Source of the DNA: Nitrospirota bacterium
Lineage (GTDB): Bacteria; Nitrospirota; UBA9217
Direction of reading: 5' to 3'
DNA length: 64,000 nucleotides
Assembly: GCA_963737155.1 (NCBI GenBank)
Contig: CAVTRN010000001.1
Coordinates: 1,088,001 to 1,152,000, forward strand
The first letter of the stretch is position 1; every line of letters starts with the position of its first letter. Position numbers and translations under genes: made by a program. Below are positions 9,309-18,558 of the stretch, one piece after another. A model generated the notes under the pieces. That model was not told the origin of the DNA. It did no database searches and saw only the letters and a program-made list of their open reading frames with translations.

Positions 9309-10290
9309 ATGAAAGCACTTGTAACGGGTGGGACAGGATTTATAGGGAATAACGTCATCGATCTACTTGCCGCAGACGGCCACAGCGTCCGTCTTTCAGC
9401 CGGAAAACCGGAATTCCGGCACGGTTTTCGGAAAAAGATGTTTCGGTATATAGCGGCGATCTTGAAGATGCCGAATCAGTTCTGCGCGCCATGAAGGGAA
9501 TGGATGTCTTATCACATTGGCGAAATCAAAAACACTTCCCCCCGCACTGTAAAAAACAATTTAAAACTGATGGAGAGCGTGGTCGGTCATCTGGAAGCAT
9601 CAGGCGTAAAGCGTATTGTCTTCTTTATCAGGTCCATTACTGTTGCAGGAATCTCCGGGGTAAAACCGCCACTGAGGATACTCCGCCCCAACGTCTACTA
9701 AGGGATCCCTATACGCGGTATAAGGAACAATGCGAGAAACTCCTCTGGGAAAAGACCGCCGGGACACCGTATACCGTGATCCGTCCGGTGTGGTCTACGG
9801 TTCCGCTTCCCGGTATCTTGGCGGCTTAATCTCGGCGGTTGATCGGCTGGGGAAAATCGGGACCCCTTTATCGGGCAGGGCAGGAGTATTGCCCCACTTG
9901 TGCACGTGAAGGATCTTGCACGCGCCATATACCGTGCAGGGATAGAAGAAGCAGCCGCCGGCATGATTTTCAATATTACAGATGGAATGAATGACACCTG
10001 GTCTGATTTCCTGCATGCGATCGGGAGCGCACTTGGGAAAGAGATCACGATCCTGCCGGTTCCGCCTCTTTTGTTCAACCTCCCGGCGCGTTTTTTTGAC
10101 CTCTTCGCCGGGATCGCCGGCTCGACCGTGAGTCCGGAAGCCTTTGTGAGCTATGTCACAACAGACCTACTTTTCACGAACGACAGTCGCAGCGGCTTCT
10201 CCATTGGAAGCCGGAATATTCGCTTGCGCTGGGTGCCGAAGAAATGGTGAGCGACTACAGGCAGCGGCGGGGACAGGCGAAGCATAGGAT
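9309..10290 (+). pseudogene. NAD-dependent epimerase/dehydratase (extended SDR), multiply frameshifted
   Basis: Fragments in different frames: VTGGTGFIG, YxxxK (YTRYKEQCE), VIRP..VYG and VHVKDLARA. At least five indels. The 3' end is approximate. Confidence 0.8.
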
Positions 10291-10389
10291 AATTTATCAG
10301 CAGGCCGGCGTTGCTCAGAGCACCCCCCGAGATAGGTGGAAAAAATAGGCCGTTTGTGCACCCCTGCGCATAAGGCATGCCCTTTCCCG

Positions 10390-10418
10390 TTGACAAGCAG
10401 TGGCGGGTATGTTATCTT
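10390..10418 (+). promoter_or_regulatory. sigma70-type promoter of pal
   Basis: TTGACA-17 bp-TATCTT with an extended TG. Confidence 0.55.
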
Positions 10419-10503
10419 CATTATCGGCGTTTCATGCTGCCTATAGAGGATTGATTTGTCCGGAACCATAATTTAACACATATCATAATTAGAGGAGGAG
10501 TAC

Positions 10504-11049
10504 ATGAAGAGCAGAAGTTTTGTGTATGTTATGATGGTATTGCTTGTAAGCGCTTTCACTCTCTGGGGATGCCCCAAAAAAGCTGAAGTGACCAGCGCGC
10601 CTGAGGTCCAGAAAGAATCAGTGCCAGCCCAGCCGCCGGCAAAGGAAGAGATGAAAGCCGCTCCTCCAATGGAAACGCCAGCAGCTGGACCAAAAGAGGA
10701 AATGCCGGCCTCGGCAATGGCGGGACTCCAGCCGATTTATTTCGATTTTAACGAATCCTTTCTTCGGAGCGATGCAACGGCGGTTATGAAGGCTAATGCC
10801 GACTGGCTGAAGGCCAACCCGACGGCAATGATCAAAATTGAGGGTAATTGCGACGAGCGCGGGACGGAAGAATACAATCAGGCCCTCGGCCAGCGGCGCG
10901 CATCCAGCGCTAAAAAATATCTGACCGACATGGGCATATCCGCAAATCGCATCTCGCTTATCAGCTATGGCAAGGAAAAACCGGTCTGCGGAGAGCATAC
11001 GGAAGAATGCTGGCAGAAGAACCGGCGCGACGATTTCGTGGCGCAATAG
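10504..11049 (+). CDS. pal: Peptidoglycan-associated lipoprotein
   Basis: Lipobox LWGC and an OmpA-like domain (IYFDF, EGNCDERGTEEYNQALGQRRA, SYGKEKP, NRRDDF). Confidence 0.93.
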   Translation: MKSRSFVYVMMVLLVSAFTLWGCPKKAEVTSAPEVQKESVPAQPPAKEEMKAAPPMETPAAGPKEEMPASAMAGLQPIYFDFNESFLRSDATAVMKANADWLKANPTAMIKIEGNCDERGTEEYNQALGQRRASSAKKYLTDMGISANRISLISYGKEKPVCGEHTEECWQKNRRDDFVAQ

Positions 11050-11079
11050 CCAGCAGCGGGTTTTATAAACCGGATCGCA

Positions 11080-11133
11080 AGAGAACCGGTCGGTTAGCGT
11101 GGCTTAGGCTGCCCGGTTCTTTTTTTCTTTTTC
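11080..11133 (+). terminator. Intrinsic terminator after pal
   Basis: AGAACCGG...CCGGTTCT stem followed by a long T tract. Confidence 0.6.
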
Positions 11134-11184
11134 TTGAACATTGATAGTTCTCCACGGCTCGGGAACGGAGGAGTACCCGATCAT

Positions 11185-12054
11185 ATGTCAATCAAACCCC
11201 TCGTTATCATCGCACTGTTTCTTTTTCCCTTGGCGGCCTGCGCCCCCCAGTCGGCAATCGTCAAGACGAGTGCCGATATAAACGACCTGCGCGAGGACGT
11301 GAAAACGACGAGCGCGCGCGTCCAGGAGATACAGCGGAAGCTGGACCAGGATAGAGCGAATATCCAGAAGCGCATCGATGCGCTTGATGCGAACAGCAGG
11401 GGGTCCAGCGACGTCCAGAAGACCATGGCTGACTACGGCGTCAAGACGGACCAGCTCACCATGGACATCCAGATGCTGCAAGGTAAGCTCGAGGAGAACA
11501 ATTTTCGAATTGCTGAACTTGGTCAGAAATTAGATGACCGCGGCGTCAAGATCGCGGAACTTAATGCGCGGATCGAGGCGCTTGAGGCAAAAGTAAATCT
11601 CCTGAGCGGCGGGACATGGACTGCCGCAACCTCACAAACCGGGACCGCCTCGGTCAAGCAGTCTTCCGAGAAGACTATCGAACCGACCGACGCCTACCGT
11701 GAGGCGAAAAGTGATTATGACAAGGGTGATTTTGAACTTGCCCTCAAAGGTTTTCAAAATTACGTCGTTCAATTTCCTGATACCAGCCAAACAAACATGG
11801 CGCAATACTGGATCGGTGAATGCTATTATTCCTTGAAGGACTTCAATAAGGCCATTGCGGCTTTTGATAAGGTCATCACAATCTATCCTAAAAGTGGTAA
11901 GATAGCCGGTGCGAAACTCAAGATCGGGCTGTCTTATCTGAACGAGAGAAATCCGGCTAAAGCGAAAGAGTACTTTTATAAGGTTATCAAGGAGCATCCG
12001 GGTACGAACGAAGCTGGGATCGCAAAAAGCCGGCTTGACAAGATGGGAAAGTAG
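11185..12054 (+). CDS. cpoB: Tol-Pal system protein YbgF/CpoB (coiled coil plus TPR, lipoprotein)
   Basis: Lies directly after pal. Lipobox LAAC, a coiled coil, and TPR motif AQYWIGECYY...AKLKIG. Confidence 0.88.
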   Translation: MSIKPLVIIALFLFPLAACAPQSAIVKTSADINDLREDVKTTSARVQEIQRKLDQDRANIQKRIDALDANSRGSSDVQKTMADYGVKTDQLTMDIQMLQGKLEENNFRIAELGQKLDDRGVKIAELNARIEALEAKVNLLSGGTWTAATSQTGTASVKQSSEKTIEPTDAYREAKSDYDKGDFELALKGFQNYVVQFPDTSQTNMAQYWIGECYYSLKDFNKAIAAFDKVITIYPKSGKIAGAKLKIGLSYLNERNPAKAKEYFYKVIKEHPGTNEAGIAKSRLDKMGK

Positions 12055-12095
12055 CGATCCTCGTTTTGTTTGACGGTAGCGCAGGAAGGTTTGTA

Positions 12096-12317
12096 ATGCC
12101 GGTTTATGAATATCGCTGCAAAGCCTGCAATGTTAATTTTGAGAAACTTGTTTTCGGTGCCAATCCATCCGTAAGCTGCGAGAAGTGCGGTTCGGACAAG
12201 ACAGAGAAACTCCTGTCGCACTTCGGCATGGGGAGATCGACCAGTGCATCAATAAGCACGTCGAGCGGATCGGGTTGCGGTGGCTGTTCATCCTCCTCCT
12301 GCGTCGGCTGTAAATAG
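12096..12317 (+). CDS. FmdB-family zinc-ribbon protein
   Basis: MPVYEYRCKAC...CEKCGS..EKLLS, with a Cys/Ser-rich tail. Confidence 0.85.
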   Translation: MPVYEYRCKACNVNFEKLVFGANPSVSCEKCGSDKTEKLLSHFGMGRSTSASISTSSGSGCGGCSSSSCVGCK

Positions 12318-12983
12318 TCTTTCGAGTTCTCATTGATTTTACCAATTCCTCTTTCAAACACGCAGTAAGACAGTCATCCTGCCTTTTCCGAATTAAAAAA
12401 GTCTGACCGCGCCGTTTACCGTACTGTGCCTGAGATAGCTACAGTAATGGATTGGGTAAAGATTATTACCTGTTTCACCCTCATGTTCAGCTCGCCTAAG
12501 CGTAATGGCCTAGAGTCTGATACGGACTATGAAGAGAAACGTTGCGTGGATTCCGACCGCTGCGGCTATCAAGCTGACGGCTTTTTGACGCATTGGATCT
12601 CTTTCGCTGCTTGTTACCAGCGGTCCGGTGCGCGGACCCGACCTGCTTTTTGAATCATCAGACTTATCATTTTGTTTTTGATTCTCTTCGGCATGTGCCT
12701 ATTTTTACGAAGTTTGAATTTGGAGAAAAAATACACAGCCAGGGAATTTTGCTACTCGGTTATTCTCTCCACAGATCTGTACGTAACCTTGCCAGTAATC
12801 ACCATTTTTCAATATGTTATGCGGTAGTATGATTCGCTGTTACACTGGGTTAATAGCATGCATCTTCTCCTTTCTCTTACTTTTATATTGACGTGATTAA
12901 AAAGAAGAGGTAAAATATCTATGAAATGTCGTTTTGCCTTACTAAGTCATTGAACTGAATAGTTTAATATATATTAAAATAGC

Positions 12984-13670
12984 ATGTCATTCATATTATT
13001 TCTAGCAGCTGGATTTATTCTAATCCCTTCATTTGCCTTCGCATGGGGTCCTTTGACCCATCTCTACCTTGGCAATGAACTCCTGAATCTGACGCCATTA
13101 ATACCCGCCGGGATCCTCGGTCTTCTTCAGAAGCATAAACAGGATTTTCTGTATGGCAATCTCATGGCCGATATCATTCTCGGTAAAAAATATCTTCCTG
13201 ATGACAAGAGCTCACATTGTTGGGACGTGGGGCTCAAGCTCCTTGATCAGGCTGGGACTTGGCCTGAGCGTGCTTTTGCCTATGGCTATCTCAGCCATCT
13301 TGCCGCCGACACGGTCGCGCATGAGACTCTGACCGATGATATGGGGAACATGGGACATACCTGGATGGAGATGAAGGCAGATAGCCTGATCGATAAGACC
13401 TACTGGCTTCAGATCATAACTTTCAACAAAGCAATGCGCAGGAGGAGCGATCTTCTGCTAGAGAACTCCTTGGACAGCTACATTTTCTCGTTCAAGACAA
13501 ACAAACGAATCTATAAAAGCATGGTTTTTCTCTCTCTCCTGAACAAGAAACGCAAACGTGGTGTGGACCATGCTCTAATCAGCGAACTCCATGACGAATC
13601 CCTTGCCCGCATGCTTGATCTTCTCCAGAACGGAACCGACTCCACGGTTCTGAACAGAAATCCACTATAA
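12984..13670 (+). CDS. Zinc-dependent phospholipase C/S1-P1-like family protein
   Basis: Signal-like N-terminus, then AWGPLTH, YGNLMAD, SHCW, GYLSHLAADTVAH and HTWME. Confidence 0.75.
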   Translation: MSFILFLAAGFILIPSFAFAWGPLTHLYLGNELLNLTPLIPAGILGLLQKHKQDFLYGNLMADIILGKKYLPDDKSSHCWDVGLKLLDQAGTWPERAFAYGYLSHLAADTVAHETLTDDMGNMGHTWMEMKADSLIDKTYWLQIITFNKAMRRRSDLLLENSLDSYIFSFKTNKRIYKSMVFLSLLNKKRKRGVDHALISELHDESLARMLDLLQNGTDSTVLNRNPL

Positions 13671-14694
13671 TTCAACTTGCTGCATTGTGTTATTGACCTC
13701 GAAATAAAGTCTGGAGTCTTTGTAAAAAAGGGCTTTATCTACCTTAGCTGCTGCTTTTTAGCACCATCGTCTCTCATTTCTAATTTCTATTTACTAAGAC
13801 GGGAGCATAACAGGACTGTTACCGGTTACTGTCAGGGGTTACCGTCCTGATTCAACCAAACCCCGTTTTTTTGTAATTGGGATTCACCTCGGCGCTTTTT
13901 TAATAAGACTATGGTGAGCATTCTGGGAATTCTTATAACTGCAGGTACACTGAGCCGCCAAAATTAAATCTCATTTTGCCCGACGTAGACCTCATTCTCG
14001 AGAATCCTTCTAAACGAACCTATGACATTCATCTGAACAATGTGCCAGCTTGGGCCGTTATTCTTGTACCAAAAATGAGGAACTCGACAACTAGCCAGGA
14101 GGTGTATATGCCGGTGTCTTTCAGGATGGATACAGGACCCGGCTATCGACATGTACCGGTTTTAAATGCTGCGATTGTACATGCTTCATGAATAGAACAC
14201 TGCTGAAAAACAAACTGGATGACTCATACATGAACTGCAGAGCATGCATTGCTGCCTGTCGTAAGGGATTCGGCGCCGGCAAGGAACTTTCCATCTTTTA
14301 TTTGCGCAGGGCTAGTTTTTCCCGCAATACTATTGTGGAGTTGCGCTAGAAAACGCTGTGACAAGTTGGCGTCCAATAGTGAAGTGAATGGAAACCGAGG
14401 GCATTCAATCTTTTTTTCCTATTCGCTTTATGTTATTACCACGAATCCCCGTCACCCTGCAGGTTTATCCGAGAGATGGTTTCCGAAATGAGACCTTACC
14501 GTCTGCTATACTTGAGGTAATCCTAATCTCGATACAGTCAAAATTCTCACGATAAAAAAGAAAAAATGCAAGGCATGAATACACTGATAGCATTGCAGGT
14601 AGCGAGATGCTATCACCATCAGGAGATCTGAAGATTTCTTCGTGAACTCTGTGGCTAACCTTTGACTGTACTTCTTCGCAACCAGGAGGCTGAC

Positions 14695-15177
14695 ATGGAC
14701 ATGTGTTTCATTCGCGTGGCAATTCCCGAAGGCTGTAACGTGATTCTCGGCCAGACCCACTTCATCAAAACCGCTGAGGACCTTTACGAAATTATCGCCA
14801 CTACCGTTCCACAGGCTCGCTTCGGCATCGCCTTTACTGAGGCTTCGGGACCCTGTCTCATACGAACCGAGGGAAATGACGAGGGCTTAATCAGTGTCTG
14901 CGCCGCAACACTTTTATCCATCGGGGCCGGGCATGTGTTCTGCATATACCTGAAGGATGCCTTTCCGGTCAATGTCCTGAATCAGATTAAAAACTGCCCG
15001 GAGGTCTGCAGGATATTCTGCGCCACGGCAAATCCCCTTGAGGTTGTGGTCTGCTCCTCTGCGCAGGGGAGAGGAATCCTCGGCGTCATTGACGGTTTCT
15101 CGCCGAAAGGCGTGGAAACTCCGGTGGACAGGACTGCGCGGAGAGGATTCCTGAGAAAGATTGGATACAAACTCTGA
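14695..15177 (+). CDS. Adenosine-specific kinase / AMP-binding family protein
   Basis: NVILGQTHFIKTAEDLYE, FGIAFTEASG, CATANP and GVIDG motifs. AGGAGG SD. Confidence 0.85.
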   Translation: MDMCFIRVAIPEGCNVILGQTHFIKTAEDLYEIIATTVPQARFGIAFTEASGPCLIRTEGNDEGLISVCAATLLSIGAGHVFCIYLKDAFPVNVLNQIKNCPEVCRIFCATANPLEVVVCSSAQGRGILGVIDGFSPKGVETPVDRTARRGFLRKIGYKL

Positions 15178-15286
15178 TTGAGAGGCTCATTCTCCACTAC
15201 CGGATCATTCGAGTTGAACCGCGAAAACTCACAGTAACATCCGCATCCGCTTGAATCGATTGTCACAACATGATACACTTCGGCCC

Positions 15287-16954
15287 ATGGTGACCGCGCT
15301 CTTCATTTTTCTCATAACCTACATTTTCATTGGCCTGCGCCAGGTTCCCCGGCTACACATAGACCGGACAGCAGGCGCACTTGTGGGCGCTGTGTTGATG
15401 ATCATCTTAGGCGTGGTGAGTCTAGACCAGGCGTTTGCCGCAATAGACATGCACACCCTGTTGCTGCTCCTCGGGATGATGATCATCACCGTCTACCTAA
15501 GAACCGCCGGTTTTTTCGAGCTCATGGCCGACAAAATCCTCTCTCTTTCGCGCACGCCTTTTCAGCTTCTTGTTTTTGTCACGCTCTCCTCGGGGTTGCT
15601 CTCCGCCTTGTTCGTCAACGATACGATATGCCTCCTCTACACTCCGATTATCCTTGAAGTGACCGCACAGCTTGGGGTGAACCCCATGCCGTACCTGCTG
15701 GCGCTCGCGACTTCGTCGAATGTCGGCAGCGTCATGACCGTGACCGGCAATCCGCAGAACATGCTGATAAGCGTCAGTTCGAAAATAACCTATCTGTCCT
15801 TTCTCGGAGCGCTTTTTCCGGTTGCGTTAATTGGACTCTGCGTCTGCATTGCTGTCATCAGATTTATCTACCACAAAGAGATGAAGGCAGGCACGATCCT
15901 CGCAAGGCCGCAGATGCCGGCTTACCTGGTCAGAAAGCCTTTACTCGCAAAGTCACTTCTGGTCTGTGCAGGCGTGCTCTCCGCATTTTCAATGGGATAT
16001 CCCTATTCACTTGTCGCAGTCACAGGCGCAGCCACTCTTTTGCTTATCGGCGGGGTGCGAACGGAGACTATCCTTGAAGGTGTCGACTGGACACTTCTAC
16101 TGTTTTTTTCAGGACTCTTCGTGGTGATGCACGGGGTGGAGGCGTCTGGACTTTCCGGAGCGGCCATCAGCCGCGCCCGCTATCTTTCGATATTTTCCCC
16201 TATTGGCCGCATCGTGGGCCTGTCTGCTGTATCGACGATTCTCTCAAATATGGTGAGTAATGTTCCCGCAGTGATGCTGCTGAAGCCGTTGATAGGGACG
16301 TTGGGAAACGACAGAATTGCCTGGCTTGCACTGGCCATGAGCAGCACTCTGGCCGGGAACCTGACGCTCATCGGTTCGGTGGCGAACCTGATTGTCGTCC
16401 AGCAAGCCCGGAGGAGGGTGGAAATCGGGTTTCTGGAATACTTCCGTGTTGGTGCTCTGATCACGATTATTACGCTAGCCATAGGTATTCTTGTTCTGGC
16501 CATTGAAATCAGGGTGGCGCGGTGCGCGGAATCCTCTTTTCCCGGGCAGCCTGTGCAGTATTTGACAGCGACGGTTATCTCCGCTTCCTCCGCCTCGAAA
16601 ACGTTCAGGATTGTAATGTTGTGTGATACGGCCGAAACACGGACGAAAGGACTACAAGGCTTTCGGGAATTGAATATCGGCGAAGCCGCTCTTTTTGCTT
16701 TTCCAGAGCCCGAGGCAGTGACATTTTGGATGGGAAGCGTTGGCTATCCGATCGATATTGTCTTCATCGACCACGATAAGATGGTTATCCGTGTCTATCA
16801 GAGGTGCCGACCAGGTAGCATGAATTATTACCCTTCGATACAAAGGGTCTCCTGGGTGCTCGAAACCGCAGCAGGGTCAGGGATTAAGGTCGGTGATGAA
16901 GTGTACCTTGAAGAGCCAAAGATTATGAGGCCGCGGGCGATGGAGGGAAAATAA
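15287..16954 (+). CDS. ArsB/NhaD (YbiR-like) anion permease fused to a C-terminal DUF192-like domain
   Basis: About 11 TM helices with LFVNDT, SNVGSVMTVTGNPQN, SNVPA and STLAGNLTLIGSVAN. The C-terminus has R.KGL...FWMGSVGYPIDIVFID...VLETAAG...IKVGD. Confidence 0.85.
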   Translation: MVTALFIFLITYIFIGLRQVPRLHIDRTAGALVGAVLMIILGVVSLDQAFAAIDMHTLLLLLGMMIITVYLRTAGFFELMADKILSLSRTPFQLLVFVTLSSGLLSALFVNDTICLLYTPIILEVTAQLGVNPMPYLLALATSSNVGSVMTVTGNPQNMLISVSSKITYLSFLGALFPVALIGLCVCIAVIRFIYHKEMKAGTILARPQMPAYLVRKPLLAKSLLVCAGVLSAFSMGYPYSLVAVTGAATLLLIGGVRTETILEGVDWTLLLFFSGLFVVMHGVEASGLSGAAISRARYLSIFSPIGRIVGLSAVSTILSNMVSNVPAVMLLKPLIGTLGNDRIAWLALAMSSTLAGNLTLIGSVANLIVVQQARRRVEIGFLEYFRVGALITIITLAIGILVLAIEIRVARCAESSFPGQPVQYLTATVISASSASKTFRIVMLCDTAETRTKGLQGFRELNIGEAALFAFPEPEAVTFWMGSVGYPIDIVFIDHDKMVIRVYQRCRPGSMNYYPSIQRVSWVLETAAGSGIKVGDEVYLEEPKIMRPRAMEGK

Positions 16955-17381
16955 TTCAGGGCAAGAAAAACATCAAGAAAGCAAGTATTGTAACAATCCG
17001 GGGCTTACGTTTCTAACGTCGTCCCGGTTTACCCTGAATCGATTCTTATCATCATGTTAATCTCCAAAACGATTCCCGACAACGGGGAAGGACGATTCCC
17101 TGAAGGACAAAATGCAATCAGGAATCGAAATGAGGTTGTATGAATAAGGAGATCTCACGATAAGGCCTGCTGACACAGGCTCTCGAACACTCATTCTGAC
17201 GCATTAATAAAAAGTCAGTCTTTTCGGGCACTTGCTTAAAGAGGGCAGAGTTTGCTTCGATCACATCCCTTACCCGGTGTTTCAAGGATTGGGGGAATAC
17301 ACTTGTTTTTATAAGCGTTATTGTTTATAATAACGATTCCGACTATGATAGTATGTAATTTTTGCAAATGGAGGTTCTTGT

Positions 17382-17672
17382 ATGCCGATTTATGAATATG
17401 AATGCGGAAGCTGCGGTGGCCGTTTCGAGGTCACCCGGAAATTTAGCGATCCAGTGCTGACAATCTGTAAACTCTGCAATGCTTCATCGCTCAGGAAGGT
17501 ATTGTCACCCACTGCATTTGTTTTAAAAGGAAGCGGCTGGTATGCGACAGATTACCCATCGAAAGACAGGAAAGAAGTGAATTCGACGGGGACAACCCCA
17601 AGCGAACCGAAGCCAGCCGCCTGCACTTCAGGATGCTGTTCAGGTTCCTGCCTGCCAAAGGCCGAGCCCTGA
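17382..17672 (+). CDS. FmdB-family zinc-ribbon protein
   Basis: MPIYEYECGSC...CKLC...FVLKGSGWYATDY. Confidence 0.88.
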   Translation: MPIYEYECGSCGGRFEVTRKFSDPVLTICKLCNASSLRKVLSPTAFVLKGSGWYATDYPSKDRKEVNSTGTTPSEPKPAACTSGCCSGSCLPKAEP

Positions 17673-18463
17673 TGGAGCACATTCATATCCACATACCTTA
17701 TCCGAAGCTGAAGGATTTTTTTGAAATGATCAGGCTCCGACGCTACGATCTTGAAATATACTTCTCAGCGGCCGTCCTTGATCAGATTGAAAAGCAGGAC
17801 TTGGAGAATCTGATCGAGCGTTTTGATTGGAACCCCCAGTTGACGCTCCACGCTCCTTTCGTGGACCTAAATCCCGGCGCCATCGACCCCATGGTGCGCA
17901 CCGTAACCCAAGTGCGTTTCCGGCAGCTCCTGAATGCCGCCGCCATCCTCAAGCCGCGGGCAGTTGTATTTCATGCGGCCTATGACCGGTGGCGGTACAA
18001 CGGACGCAGAGACGTGTGGCTTGATTACTGTGTCGATACATGGTCCAATGTCATGGAGTCTGCCTCCAGGATCGGCCTGCGTGTTGCCGTCGAAAATGTA
18101 TACGATGAGGATCCCGATGCACTTCAGATGCTCATTGAAAAAATCAACAATCCGGACTTCGGTTTTTGTTTCGACACCGGGCATTTCAATCTTTTCTCCT
18201 CGGTCCCGATGGAACGATGGTTCGAGGTTCTGGGACGTCATCTAGTGGAGGTGCACCTCCACGATAACGATGGCACGGCGGACTCCCATTGGGCGCTGGG
18301 TCGGGGGAAGGTCGATTTTGACAAGTTTTTTGCCCTTATGGGCGTCCATGCGCCACTGCCTGTTTTTACGATCGAGGCCCATGACAAGGACGATATCGAG
18401 AGGAGCCTCGAACGGGTGAAGACTCTCATCAGCACTCACCATCGTCCGTCCGCCATATCGTAG
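17672..18463 (+). CDS. Sugar-phosphate isomerase/epimerase (AP-endonuclease-2 TIM barrel)
   Basis: LHAPF, VEN, CFDTGH, VHLHDNDG..DSH and TIE motifs. The start overlaps the previous stop (TGATG). Confidence 0.82.
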   Translation: MEHIHIHIPYPKLKDFFEMIRLRRYDLEIYFSAAVLDQIEKQDLENLIERFDWNPQLTLHAPFVDLNPGAIDPMVRTVTQVRFRQLLNAAAILKPRAVVFHAAYDRWRYNGRRDVWLDYCVDTWSNVMESASRIGLRVAVENVYDEDPDALQMLIEKINNPDFGFCFDTGHFNLFSSVPMERWFEVLGRHLVEVHLHDNDGTADSHWALGRGKVDFDKFFALMGVHAPLPVFTIEAHDKDDIERSLERVKTLISTHHRPSAIS

Positions 18464-18558
18464 AGGCCTTCAACTCCGGTTCGAAATCTTGGGAATATAT
18501 GGTGAATGAATCTATGTATGCCTTGACACCCCATAACGCTTCGCATAGACTGAGAGCC

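Noticed and set aside
12320-12980. 660-bp intergenic region, possible ncRNA or IS end (CTAGAGTCTGATACGG)
   Set aside because: No partner inverted repeat or recognisable RNA motif found by eye.
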